Of a DNA stretch of 64,000 nt, positions 28,220 through 36,949 are shown in pieces. Source of the stretch: Desulfobacterales bacterium (lineage in GTDB: Bacteria > Desulfobacterota > Desulfobacteria > Desulfobacterales > UBA2174); NCBI GenBank assembly GCA_963668645.2, contig CAXXWC010000021.1:1080873-1144872 (forward strand), in the 5' to 3' direction. Position numbers and translations under genes: made by a program. The notes under the pieces are model-generated. The model ran no database searches, was not told where the DNA came from, and saw nothing but the letters and a program-made list of their open reading frames with translations. Within the stretch, counting starts at the first letter, position 1. Every line of letters begins with the position of its first letter.

Positions 28220-30154
28220 TCAGGATGATACCACTGAACCGATTTTCACGAGTTGATTGCTGTTAGTGGCCGGAAAGATTTTGATCATTAAAAAACTCGC
28301 GGATAGAATCAGGATTCCAAACAGATTGGACCAAATTCCGGGATACATCAGCAAGAGGGCCGACAGCCCCACCGGTGCCCGATAAAAGATGTTGATCCGG
28401 CCGACAAAATACAACCAGCCTTCCAATGCGGCAGCCAGCAGAACGCATCCGAAAATCGCGGTGACCACCGCCATCATCACGCCCCCCACACTGCCAACCA
28501 GAATCAAGTGCGGATCAAGAACGAAGAAGAACGGAACAATATATTTTGCAGCCCCGAGCTTCATCGACAACCAAGCGGTGCTCATCGGATCGGACTCGGC
28601 CAGTGTTGCCGCAGCAATGGAACCGATTGCAACCGGAGGGGTAATGAATGAAAGGCAACCCCAGTAGAGGACAAATAGATGACATGCCAGCGGATTGAAT
28701 CCTAGCTGCACAAGCGCCGGAACCAGGCAGACGGCCAGAAAAACGTAGCAGGCCGTGATCGGCATCCCGATGCCCATCACGAAGCTTGTAAAGGCACCGA
28801 TAACCAGTAGCAGAAACACATTGTTGCCCGCCAGCAAGACGAGTTCGCGGGAAAAAGAATTCGCAACACCGGTACCGCTCAGTGCGCCCATGATCAGGCC
28901 GATGCCGGCGAGTATGCCCACCAGATTAGCCATCATCTTGCCGAACTCGAACATCAGGTCCATTGCTTTGGACCAGGTATAGCGAGTCTCCTTGCGCAGC
29001 ATGGCGGTCAAAATCAAAAATATGGTCGTGAAAAAAGGAGCCCAGGTTTCAATGCGCAGAACGATCAGGATATAGACAAGCATTAACAGTGACCCGAGGA
29101 AAGGCCATCCCTGTTTCAAGGTCTGCCAGAATTCAGGCAACTCTTCCTTTGGCAGACCACCGATACCGGCCACCGCCGCCTGACCGTCCACTTGCAGCAG
29201 TAAGGTCAGATAATAAAGAGTCGCCGGGAAAAATGCCGCGATCATGACATCGGTGTAGGGAATGCCCAGGAACAGAGCCACCAGAAACCCGGAAGCGCCC
29301 ATGATCGGCGGCATGATAGACCCCCCCGTTGAAGCGCATGCTTCAATGGCGCCTGCATATCGGGCGGAGTATCCGGTCTTTTTCATGGCAGGAATGGTCA
29401 TGGAACCGGTTGTAATGATATTGGAAAGCACACTGCCGCTCAAACTGGCCATGAACGCGCTGGAGACAACCGAAACCTTGGCGGCCCCACCCCGCTGCCG
29501 TCCCAGCAGGGACAACGAAAACTCCATGAAAAATTTGCCGCCACCGGAGGTTACCAGGGTCACCCCAAAAAGCATAAAACCGATGAGCAGGTCCGATACC
29601 ACACGCATGGGCAAGCCGATGATACTTTCCACCCCCATTGAATGAAAACAGATGGCCTCCTTGAAGCTAAACTGGGAGCCATATAAAAAACCCGGCAGTG
29701 ATCCACAAAAGACAGGATATAGTGAAATCAATGTGCTGATGAAAAAAAGGATTTTTCCGCCAACGCGACGAATGGCCTCTATGGCCAGAAACCATAAAAC
29801 GGCACCGCTCACCATTGGCAGCATCGGGGCCTGAAGTTCCCACCCTTGGGCAAGACTGTTGCGGGCATTAGCGGACATATAAATACTGGTAACGATGGTG
29901 ATTGCAAAAAATGCCCAGTCATACCATGGCAGTTTTTCGCTATCCTTCTTTCTTGCCGGATAAAGCAGAAAACTGATCGACAGAAAACAACCTACGATAA
30001 TATAGTAGTAGGCAGTATTGATCGGGTTGAATCCGAAAAGACTCAAGTGAAACAACTGGTTGATTCCGATCAGGGTCCCAATCGCACCTGCGCATAACGT
30101 CACAATGTAACAGCTGAAAGAAATTCGTTTGCCCTTATCCCTGTAATTCACCAT
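28220..30154 (-). CDS. TRAP transporter fused permease (TAXI-type)
   Basis: About 640 aa and very hydrophobic, with many predicted helices. AAGGAGG lies 5 nt upstream of the ATG at 30154. It is directly downstream of a TAXI-like receptor gene. Confidence 0.87.
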   Translation of the reverse strand: MVNYRDKGKRISFSCYIVTLCAGAIGTLIGINQLFHLSLFGFNPINTAYYYIIVGCFLSISFLLYPARKKDSEKLPWYDWAFFAITIVTSIYMSANARNSLAQGWELQAPMLPMVSGAVLWFLAIEAIRRVGGKILFFISTLISLYPVFCGSLPGFLYGSQFSFKEAICFHSMGVESIIGLPMRVVSDLLIGFMLFGVTLVTSGGGKFFMEFSLSLLGRQRGGAAKVSVVSSAFMASLSGSVLSNIITTGSMTIPAMKKTGYSARYAGAIEACASTGGSIMPPIMGASGFLVALFLGIPYTDVMIAAFFPATLYYLTLLLQVDGQAAVAGIGGLPKEELPEFWQTLKQGWPFLGSLLMLVYILIVLRIETWAPFFTTIFLILTAMLRKETRYTWSKAMDLMFEFGKMMANLVGILAGIGLIMGALSGTGVANSFSRELVLLAGNNVFLLLVIGAFTSFVMGIGMPITACYVFLAVCLVPALVQLGFNPLACHLFVLYWGCLSFITPPVAIGSIAAATLAESDPMSTAWLSMKLGAAKYIVPFFFVLDPHLILVGSVGGVMMAVVTAIFGCVLLAAALEGWLYFVGRINIFYRAPVGLSALLLMYPGIWSNLFGILILSASFLMIKIFPATNSNQLVKIGSVVSS

Positions 30155-30300
30155 ATTCGCCTCCTTAACAGGCAACGACCGGAACTGTGTAAAAATGGTT
30201 GTGCGGGTTTAACTGGCCTTTACTCAGGGGCGAATCCTGCTGTTGATCTGAGTTCCTCGAGCAGGATCCCCCCTGAACTGTTCAGCAAAGGCTTATAGAG

Positions 30301-31446
30301 TTATTCGCCCAGGGCCTTGGCTCTTTCCTTGAGCCAGAACTCTTGAAAATCTTTAGATTTTATCTTCTGTGTCTGGGCAAGGTTAACCGCTTCTTCCCAC
30401 GCAGCCTGCACCTTTTGCAAGTGGGCCAGTGCAGCATCGTTCCAGGCCTGATCCTTGGCCGTCCAAACGCCGATCTCCTTCAGATACCGGACAGCGCCTT
30501 CATGAAACGGAGCGTCTGCAGGCGGTTTGCCGGATTGGTGAATCTCCCAGTTCGGCATGTTCTGATGAGAATCTTTATATATGGCATAGCTCTGGTCGAC
30601 AGCTTTGAGAAAATTATAAACCAAATCCGGGTCGGTGTCCGCATAGGTGATACCCACCGGGAATCGTATCAGAGCAACATCTTTGGGGTGGTCTTTATCG
30701 ATATCGACGCCTTTGCTTTCTTTAACTGGACTTAAAAAAGGCGCTTTTTTTTGCAGACGTGCCCATCCCTCGGTATCATCTGCATACAGCTCGAGAAGAT
30801 GCGCGCCGTTAGGCGAAGCCGCCGCTTTGATGATGCCCCCCACGGGGGTGCCCATGATGACGTCCACGCTGCCTTCGATAAGGCCGTTAATGCAGGCCCC
30901 GAAACTGGCAAACTCTACTTTTTCGACATCATCCCAAGTCAGATTGGCAAAGGCAAGATACGCGGTTGTTTTCACATTGATGCCCGGAGAGCCGATAATC
31001 CATGCGACCCGACGCCCCTTGGCATCCTTAAGATCCTTGATTCCGCTGGTCTCGGTCGACCAAAGACAATGAGTCGCCGTGGGAGCGATGACAACACGGA
31101 TATCCTGGGGACCCCACTCGTAGGTCGAAAAATCATAAAGACCTTCCGCTGCAAAGAACGCGCCATTTCCCAGAAAGGACATTTCAACCCGTCTGGTCTT
31201 CAACGCCAGGATGCGGCTCATATCAGACCCCCCCGGCATCAGACGGACTTTGACACCGTACTTTTTCAGCAGGCCATCCGCAATGGCCGAGGTCTGGATA
31301 TATCCACCAGCACCGACATCATAGCAGCTCCAATGCATCATCTTCGGCAGTTTAACGTCATCTCCGGCAATCGCCGTTCCCAAACCCATCAAACAGACTG
31401 CCATAATCGTGATAAAAGAAGTGACCTTGCGAAATCGCTCTTTCAT
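30301..31446 (-). CDS. TAXI-family TRAP transporter solute-binding protein
   Basis: The ATG at 31446 has a GGGGAG RBS. Signal peptide MKERFRKVTSFITIMAVCLMGLGTAIA. Its size and its position next to the fused permease fit this family. Confidence 0.82.
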   Translation of the reverse strand: MKERFRKVTSFITIMAVCLMGLGTAIAGDDVKLPKMMHWSCYDVGAGGYIQTSAIADGLLKKYGVKVRLMPGGSDMSRILALKTRRVEMSFLGNGAFFAAEGLYDFSTYEWGPQDIRVVIAPTATHCLWSTETSGIKDLKDAKGRRVAWIIGSPGINVKTTAYLAFANLTWDDVEKVEFASFGACINGLIEGSVDVIMGTPVGGIIKAAASPNGAHLLELYADDTEGWARLQKKAPFLSPVKESKGVDIDKDHPKDVALIRFPVGITYADTDPDLVYNFLKAVDQSYAIYKDSHQNMPNWEIHQSGKPPADAPFHEGAVRYLKEIGVWTAKDQAWNDAALAHLQKVQAAWEEAVNLAQTQKIKSKDFQEFWLKERAKALGE

Positions 31447-31513
31447 GCTTTGCTCTCCCCTTTTCATTAAAATTGAATTACAAGTTTTGAGTGTCCTTTC
31501 CCCGGGCCAGTCA

Positions 31514-31533
31514 GACAAACCGGTCGGTCTGTC
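31514..31533. promoter_or_regulatory. candidate operator, imperfect palindrome GACAAACCG-GT-CGGTCTGTC
   Basis: It lies 68 nt upstream of the TAXI receptor start. The same core ACCGGTCGGTCTG recurs at 32746-32763. Confidence 0.35.
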
Positions 31534-31588
31534 CGTGCTTGAAAAAATCCAAGGTACGCTTTTTTCATTTGCAGCTGATTTCTTTCGA

Positions 31589-32563
31589 CTAGCGCTTCAA
31601 CGTTTCCGGGTTGACCACATATTCAAGCGGCTCTCCCGAAAAGAAAGCATGAATGTTCCTGGCGCAGATCAGACCGATCTGCCGTGATACCTCCACTGCA
31701 TAGCCCCCCATGTGAGGCGTGAGGATAACATTGTCCAGCTTGCCCAATTTTAGATCCTTCGGCGGCGGCTCCTGGGCCAAAACATCCAGCGCGGCGCCAG
31801 CGATCATCTTCTTGCTCAACGCCTCATAAAGATCTTCCTCGTTGACGACCCCGCCCCTGGCCACATTGACCAAGAACGCCGTCTCCTTCATCATCTTCAG
31901 ATGGTGCATGTCGATCAGATTCCTGGTGCTCTCAGACAGCATGACGTGAAGAGATATAAAATCGGCCTGCTGGACCAGTGCATCTACCGAGACATAGGTG
32001 ACGTTGTATTCTTGGGCAAAGTCCTCATCCTTGTATATATCGTAGGCGATGACTTTCATGCCGAACCCCAAGCCGAGATTGGCGACCGCTTTTCCGATCT
32101 TGCCCATCCCGATGATGCCCAGGGTCTTACCTTTCAACAAAGATCCCACTACCTTGGGCCACTCTCCCTGCCGCACCGAATGATCGCCGAAGGGGATCCG
32201 TCTGGCCAGCGAAAGGAAGAACCCGAATGTCAATTCCGCCACAGAATCCTTGTTCACCCCGGGCGTGTTGGTTACCGGAATGCCTCTTTCGGTAGCCGCT
32301 GCAACATCGATGTGGTCTATGCCGGCACCATGCTGGACGATCAGTTTGCATTGTTGCGCACCTTTTATGACAGCAGCGCTCAACGGCAGACTGCCGCCGA
32401 TCACCGCATCGTACCGGCAGAGCGTTTTTGCTATTTCCGCCTCTTCCAGTTTTGCCGTCTGAGGGATCATATCGACCTCGTAGCCATGAGATCGCAGATA
32501 CTCCAGGCCATCCTTGGTAAAGTACCCAAAAGACGGCGACATCGACCACACCTTGATATCCAT
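31589..32563 (-). CDS. D-isomer-specific 2-hydroxyacid dehydrogenase (paralog 2)
   Basis: It aligns along its full length with the protein at 24742-25719, at roughly two thirds identity by eye (MDIKVWSMSPSFGYF vs MTIKVWSMSPTYGYF). Confidence 0.9.
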   Translation of the reverse strand: MDIKVWSMSPSFGYFTKDGLEYLRSHGYEVDMIPQTAKLEEAEIAKTLCRYDAVIGGSLPLSAAVIKGAQQCKLIVQHGAGIDHIDVAAATERGIPVTNTPGVNKDSVAELTFGFFLSLARRIPFGDHSVRQGEWPKVVGSLLKGKTLGIIGMGKIGKAVANLGLGFGMKVIAYDIYKDEDFAQEYNVTYVSVDALVQQADFISLHVMLSESTRNLIDMHHLKMMKETAFLVNVARGGVVNEEDLYEALSKKMIAGAALDVLAQEPPPKDLKLGKLDNVILTPHMGGYAVEVSRQIGLICARNIHAFFSGEPLEYVVNPETLKR

Positions 32564-32745
32564 TATTCCCTTTCTACTCTGCCCGATCGAATTCGAGCTG
32601 TAAAACCGAGTTATATGTTTTTCTCCAAACTTTACCAACGGGTCATTTTTGTATCTTATTAATATGTTAACCTAAAAACCACAGCATCGCGGCCACGATT
32701 TTTTCTCGGCTCTGTTTCAATTGACGGCTTGCCGTAAGCGGGCAA

Positions 32746-32763
32746 GACAGACCGGTCGGTCTG
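32746..32763. promoter_or_regulatory. candidate operator, perfect 7-2-7 palindrome CAGACCG-GT-CGGTCTG within GACAGACCGGTCGGTCTG
   Basis: It lies about 183 nt upstream of the start of 2-hydroxyacid dehydrogenase paralog 2, and is the second copy of the motif at 31514. Confidence 0.35.
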
Positions 32764-32930
32764 ATTGATGCACAAAAAAAATGTTTCGTACCATCCATCT
32801 CTGAACCCCGATCCTTAATTCGCCCCTTGGTACTCAGGTTGTATGACAGCCATATATCTTACGACCTAATGTCTGTCAAGAAAATTCTTGACAATTCTCC
32901 CACTTTTTCCGCCACCGACGCAAAGCAGTA

Positions 32931-32950
32931 ATGTCACCATATCATTGACA
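32931..32950. repeat. IS terminal inverted repeat (left)
   Basis: atgtcaccatatcattgaca matches the reverse complement of 34101-34120 at 18/20 positions. Confidence 0.65.
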
Positions 32951-34040
32951 TCCTGCCGGGAAGGCCAGGAGTTCGGCAAAAGACCACAGGTGGTCCGTCA
33001 CATTTGCTTGCATAGCCGGGGTTTTGGGGCGGAAGACCCGATCCTTGCCGCGGCTGAGCGTTTCATGAGGCCGGATAAAATCATAACAAGCCACGCAGAT
33101 GGCAAATTTGGCCTTGAGCCATCGCATCGAACGGGCAACCGTAGGCGCTTTACGAGCAAGATGAGCATCCCACAATTGCCAATCCAAATTGGAACGCTCG
33201 ATATATGCGGTATTGATCGTCTGGCTGGGCGAGTCTTCCAGTCGATCCAGGATGTGCTGCTCGGTGCCGTAAACCACCTGACGTTCGACCTTGACAACCC
33301 GTGCGCCCTAGCGCGTCGTTATAAACAGTAGCGTAATCCAGATCCGCGTCAATGACTCGTTGCGGATTGCGCGGTCGGCCCGGGTTTGCCCGTGGCTACC
33401 GATGGTATAAGCTTGTGAAACAGCTCTCCAAAAACTGTTGTGTAATGGGGCAGTTCATCGGAGACAAACAGTGGCTTACTCGGGCAACGGTCGATCAAAT
33501 CGCGCAGCATTCGCCGCGCATCGTCCAGTTCGCGCCCTCCGATCCAGAATGTGATCAGCAGGCGCGTCGGGGCGTCGATGGCTGTCCAAATCCAGGTCTG
33601 CCCGTACTGCTTTTCAAGGTCTTGGGGGTCGTCAGAACTTTTCTTTTTTTTACAAAGGTCCACAGCTCGTCGAGTTGCGCCTCGGTCAACTGCAAGGACG
33701 TCAGCAAATCCGAAAGTACTCGGGCGCAATGCTCGCCAGCCCTCAAAATCACCCGATTGACGGTGTCTTTGTCGAGTCCGAGCAAACGCGCCGTGGCCCG
33801 CACCCCCACGCCCTCGGCAGCGTGGTGAATGATTTGCCGGATTGTATCGGCCGGCAAATGTAGCCCGAACAGCGCACTGGCCCGTGTGGCCGCAAAGCGT
33901 TTGCCACAGGTACGGCAGTACAGCAAATCGCGGTCCTTGTCCTTGCCGTATTTGCCGCGAATACTGATGTTGCCATGCCCGCGCAAGCCGTAGTCCTTGC
34001 ATTGCTGGTTGGGACAAAAGCATTGCTCAAGATCGCTCAT
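32942..34040 (-). pseudogene. IS1-family transposase (InsAB-like), disrupted
   Basis: An A8 run at 33644-33651 joins ORF-A (..LDELWTFVKK) to the -1 frame (KKKSSDD..WIWTAID). Further frameshifts occur near 33385 (GKPG / GRPRNPQRVIDADLDYATV) and near 33305, with an in-frame TAG before GARVVKVERQVVYGTEQHI. Confidence 0.75.
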
Positions 34041-34100
34041 GGATTGCCTCCGGCGTTGAAGTGACTTTACCGGAGCAAGGTAACATGACCGGAAAACAAA

Positions 34101-34120
34101 TGTCAACCATATGGTGACAT
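34101..34120. repeat. IS terminal inverted repeat (right)
   Basis: tgtcaaccatatggtgacat is the partner of 32931-32950. Confidence 0.65.
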
Positions 34121-34339
34121 CATCAAATACTAATGTCCGAGGAAAAGCACAACACGCTTCTGGCGGCTTCCCCTTCCTTGAATGTTACGCATGCCAGACC
34201 AAGTGACAAGCCGGTTGAATTGATCATCCCATTTGGCTCGGTCAGTGTCACAGACAATATGGCGCTATCGCTTGTCCTGTTCCTTGGGAAATCTTTCAAG
34301 GCAAAAACACCGCCAGACTGAGAAAACGGGAGGAAAAAA

Positions 34340-34750
34340 TTGTCCATAGTAACGTTATCCCCGCGTGTAAACCGGATTAAACCGTCAATTAGTTCGATGG
34401 CCGTCAAAAAGGTACAAGAGCTCAAAGCTCAGGGTATCGATCTAATCGGTCTTACGATGGGAGAGCCGGATTTTGATACGTTGCCATCGGTCGCAGAAGC
34501 GGCCGCGCGCGCCATTGCGCAGTCCCAGACGAAGTACACCAACGTGGACGGGACGCCGGAGTTAAACGGGCGATCCAGAGCAAGTTCAAGTGCGAAAATA
34601 GCCTGGAATATGAGATGAATGAGATCGTGGTTGGCAACGGTGCCAAGCAGCTCATTTTCAATGCCATCCTTGCCACCGTTTCGGCCGGCGACGAGGTCAT
34701 CGTGCCTGTCCCATACTGGGTATCCTACCCGGATATCATTTCACCGGGCA
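34340..34750 (+). pseudogene. aspartate/aromatic aminotransferase (class I PLP), N-terminal remnant with a frameshift
   Basis: TTG start after GGGAGG. The sequence VNRIKPSISSMAVKKVQELKAQGIDLIGLTMGEPDF...TKYTNVDGTPEL shifts frame near 34563 and continues RAIQSKFK.ENSLEYEMNEIVVGNGAKQ...VPVPYWVSYPDII. Family similarity is lost after about 34745, so roughly 135 of an expected 400 aa remain. Confidence 0.7.
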
Positions 34751-34850
34751 ATGGCACTGCAGATTTATTTTGTGCAGATCACGCTTTGATGGCAGAAGGT
34801 GTCGCGCCTTTTTACAGCTCCAACTCGCATTGAAGACAAATGTCCGACGG

Positions 34851-34898
34851 ACGCCGCCGGCAGCTGCCGACCATCGCCGGAGCCGTTGGCGTTTTTTT
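34851..34898 (+). terminator. terminator-like structure with a T7 tract
   Basis: acgcc...ggcgt encloses the palindrome cggcagctgccg and is followed by ttttttt. It lies downstream of the aminotransferase remnant. Confidence 0.35.
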
Positions 34899-35040
34899 GA
34901 TCCCACCGGCCCACCAAGCCTCTGAAAAAGGCCGGAACTAAGCCATGGTTTCTTCAGGCCGCCGGGCACTTCGGACGGGAACCGAACGGAGCGTTATCCC
35001 GCCGCCCGGATAAGACCCCGGCCGATGCCGCCGGCTGTGG

Positions 35041-36870
35041 TCATCCTGCCGGCTCCTCCTCGGCCGGAACCTCGACCCGGGTTTCGATCTCCTTCCAGAT
35101 ATCGATCATCTGATGGCGCACGATCCGCTTGCGGTCCGTGTAGCCGGTGTGCAGCAGGTGGTGGGACTTGTGTCCCAACGGAGCGCCGAGATAATCGGCG
35201 TAAAGCTTTTGGATCTGCGGATTGTTGTGGCTCTGGCGCACCGGGCGTTCGGTGTCGATGGTGTAGAGGGCCGCTCGACGCTCGCGGCTGGCCGCCTGGT
35301 AGGCGTGCTTGCTGCGCGGCTGGCCCCCGCCGCCAAGGCAGCCGCCCGGACATGCCATTACCTCGACGAAAAGATAGTCGCTGGTTCCGGCCCGCACCTC
35401 GGCGATCACCCGTTCGGCGGCCCGCAAAGTATGGGCCACAGCCACCTTGACCATACCGCCCGCCTCCCCAAAATCGACGCTCGCCTCGCGCAGGTGCTCC
35501 ATGCCGCGTACCTCGGTGAGCTCGATACCGGCGAGTTCTTCTCCCTTTAGCACCTGGTGAACGGTGCGCAAGGCCGCCTCCATGACGCCACCGGTGGAAC
35601 CAAAGATCACCGCCGCGCCGGAGTAGTCGCTCATCCAGGGGTTGTCGAAGACCGCCGGTTCTAGGTCGCCCAGGCCGATTCCCTCGCGCTTGAGCAGGCG
35701 GGCAAATTCTCGGGTGGTGAGCACCACGTCGACTTCGGGGCTTCCGTCCCGGGAGAAGGCCGGACGCCGGGCCTCGTCCTTTTTTGCGGTGCAAGGCATG
35801 ATCGAGACCACCCGCATGCCGGCCGGGTCGATGTTCATGCGGTCGGCCAGATAGGTCTTGGCCAGGGCGCCGAAGCACTGTTGAGGGCTTTTGGCGGTCG
35901 AGACATGCGCACGCAGATCCGGATGATGCTTTTCCACGTAGTTGATCCAGGCCGGGCAGCAGGAGGTGAACATGGGCAGCGTGCCCCCGGTTTTCAGGCG
36001 CTGGAGCAGTTCGTGGCCTTCTTCCATGATCACCAAATCGGCGGTGAAGTTGGTGTCCAGCACCACATCGGCGCCGAGCTGGCGCAGGGCCGCAATGATC
36101 TGGCCCTCCACGTTGGTGCCGGCCGCCAGGCCAAACTCCTCGCCCAGGGCGGTGCGCACCGCCGGGGCGAACTGGAACACGGTCCGGATCTCTGGATCGT
36201 AGAGAAAATCCATCACCGTTTCGATGTCGTTCTTTTCAGCCAAGGCCCCGACCGGGCAGACAAGGATGCACTGGCCGCAGCCCACGCAGTCCGACTGTCC
36301 CAGGGGGAGCCGGTCGCGCACGTCGATTTCGGTCTGCAGCCCGCTGCCGCTGACCACCAGGGTGTCCACACCCTGGATTTCGCGACAGACCGCCACGCAG
36401 CGCAGACAGCGGATGCACTTGCTCATGTCACGCACTACTGCCGGGGAAGAGTCGTCCCGGTGGCGCCGCAGATAGAAGTGGGGAAAATGATAGCGGGTCT
36501 GTTGCAGGCCGACGAACTGGGCCACGTCCTGCAGCTCGCAGTTGCCGTGTCGGATGCAGCTCGCACAATCCTGGTTATGGTCGGCCAGCAGCAGCTCGAC
36601 CTGCAGCCGCTGCATGCGGCGCACCGTAGGGGTCCGGGTGAGCACCTGCGTCCCCTCTTCCATGGGGGTGTTGCAGGCGGTGACGATGTGATGGCGCGGG
36701 TCGTTGCGTCGGCGGATGTCCACCAGACAGACCCGGCAGGTGCCCGGGGTATGGTGGATGTCGGCCATCTCGCACAGGGTGGGGATGAAGTGCCCGCTAC
36801 GCCTGGCCACTTCCAGAATCGTTTCATCGATGTTGAATTCGACCTGCTTACCGTTGATGGTACCGATCAT
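35041..36870 (-). CDS. hydA: [FeFe]-hydrogenase catalytic subunit (HndD/HydA-like, with N-terminal 2Fe-2S and 4Fe-4S domains)
   Basis: H-cluster motifs FTSCCPAW, MPCTAKKDE and EVMACPGGCLGGGGQP. The N-terminus is NuoG-like with Cys clusters. AAGGAGG RBS. Confidence 0.92.
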   Translation of the reverse strand: MIGTINGKQVEFNIDETILEVARRSGHFIPTLCEMADIHHTPGTCRVCLVDIRRRNDPRHHIVTACNTPMEEGTQVLTRTPTVRRMQRLQVELLLADHNQDCASCIRHGNCELQDVAQFVGLQQTRYHFPHFYLRRHRDDSSPAVVRDMSKCIRCLRCVAVCREIQGVDTLVVSGSGLQTEIDVRDRLPLGQSDCVGCGQCILVCPVGALAEKNDIETVMDFLYDPEIRTVFQFAPAVRTALGEEFGLAAGTNVEGQIIAALRQLGADVVLDTNFTADLVIMEEGHELLQRLKTGGTLPMFTSCCPAWINYVEKHHPDLRAHVSTAKSPQQCFGALAKTYLADRMNIDPAGMRVVSIMPCTAKKDEARRPAFSRDGSPEVDVVLTTREFARLLKREGIGLGDLEPAVFDNPWMSDYSGAAVIFGSTGGVMEAALRTVHQVLKGEELAGIELTEVRGMEHLREASVDFGEAGGMVKVAVAHTLRAAERVIAEVRAGTSDYLFVEVMACPGGCLGGGGQPRSKHAYQAASRERRAALYTIDTERPVRQSHNNPQIQKLYADYLGAPLGHKSHHLLHTGYTDRKRIVRHQMIDIWKEIETRVEVPAEEEPAG

Positions 36871-36949
36871 CTCGGCCTCCTTGCTTCGTCTGTCGCGGGT
36901 TGGGGGACGGTCCGCCGTTTACAGCCCTGGGGCCCTCTATCTTCGTTTT

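Larger units (their letters stand above)
32931..34120 (-). mobile_element. IS1-family insertion sequence, decayed
   Basis: 20-bp terminal inverted repeats match 18/20 (ATGTCACCATATCATTGACA vs the reverse complement ATGTCACCATATGGTTGACA). The InsA-like zinc-finger/HTH ORF and the DDE part are split over several frames. No target-site duplication is visible. Confidence 0.8.

Noticed and set aside
34123-34425. A 100-aa ORF on the minus strand between the IS end and the aminotransferase remnant.
   Set aside because: It overlaps the aminotransferase RBS and start on the opposite strand, and has no family signal or RBS.
34994-35878. A 294-aa ORF on the minus strand overlapping the 3' half of the hydrogenase gene in another frame.
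   Set aside because: The translation is extremely Arg/Gly/Pro-rich. The overlapping frame encodes the conserved H-cluster domain. There is no RBS.
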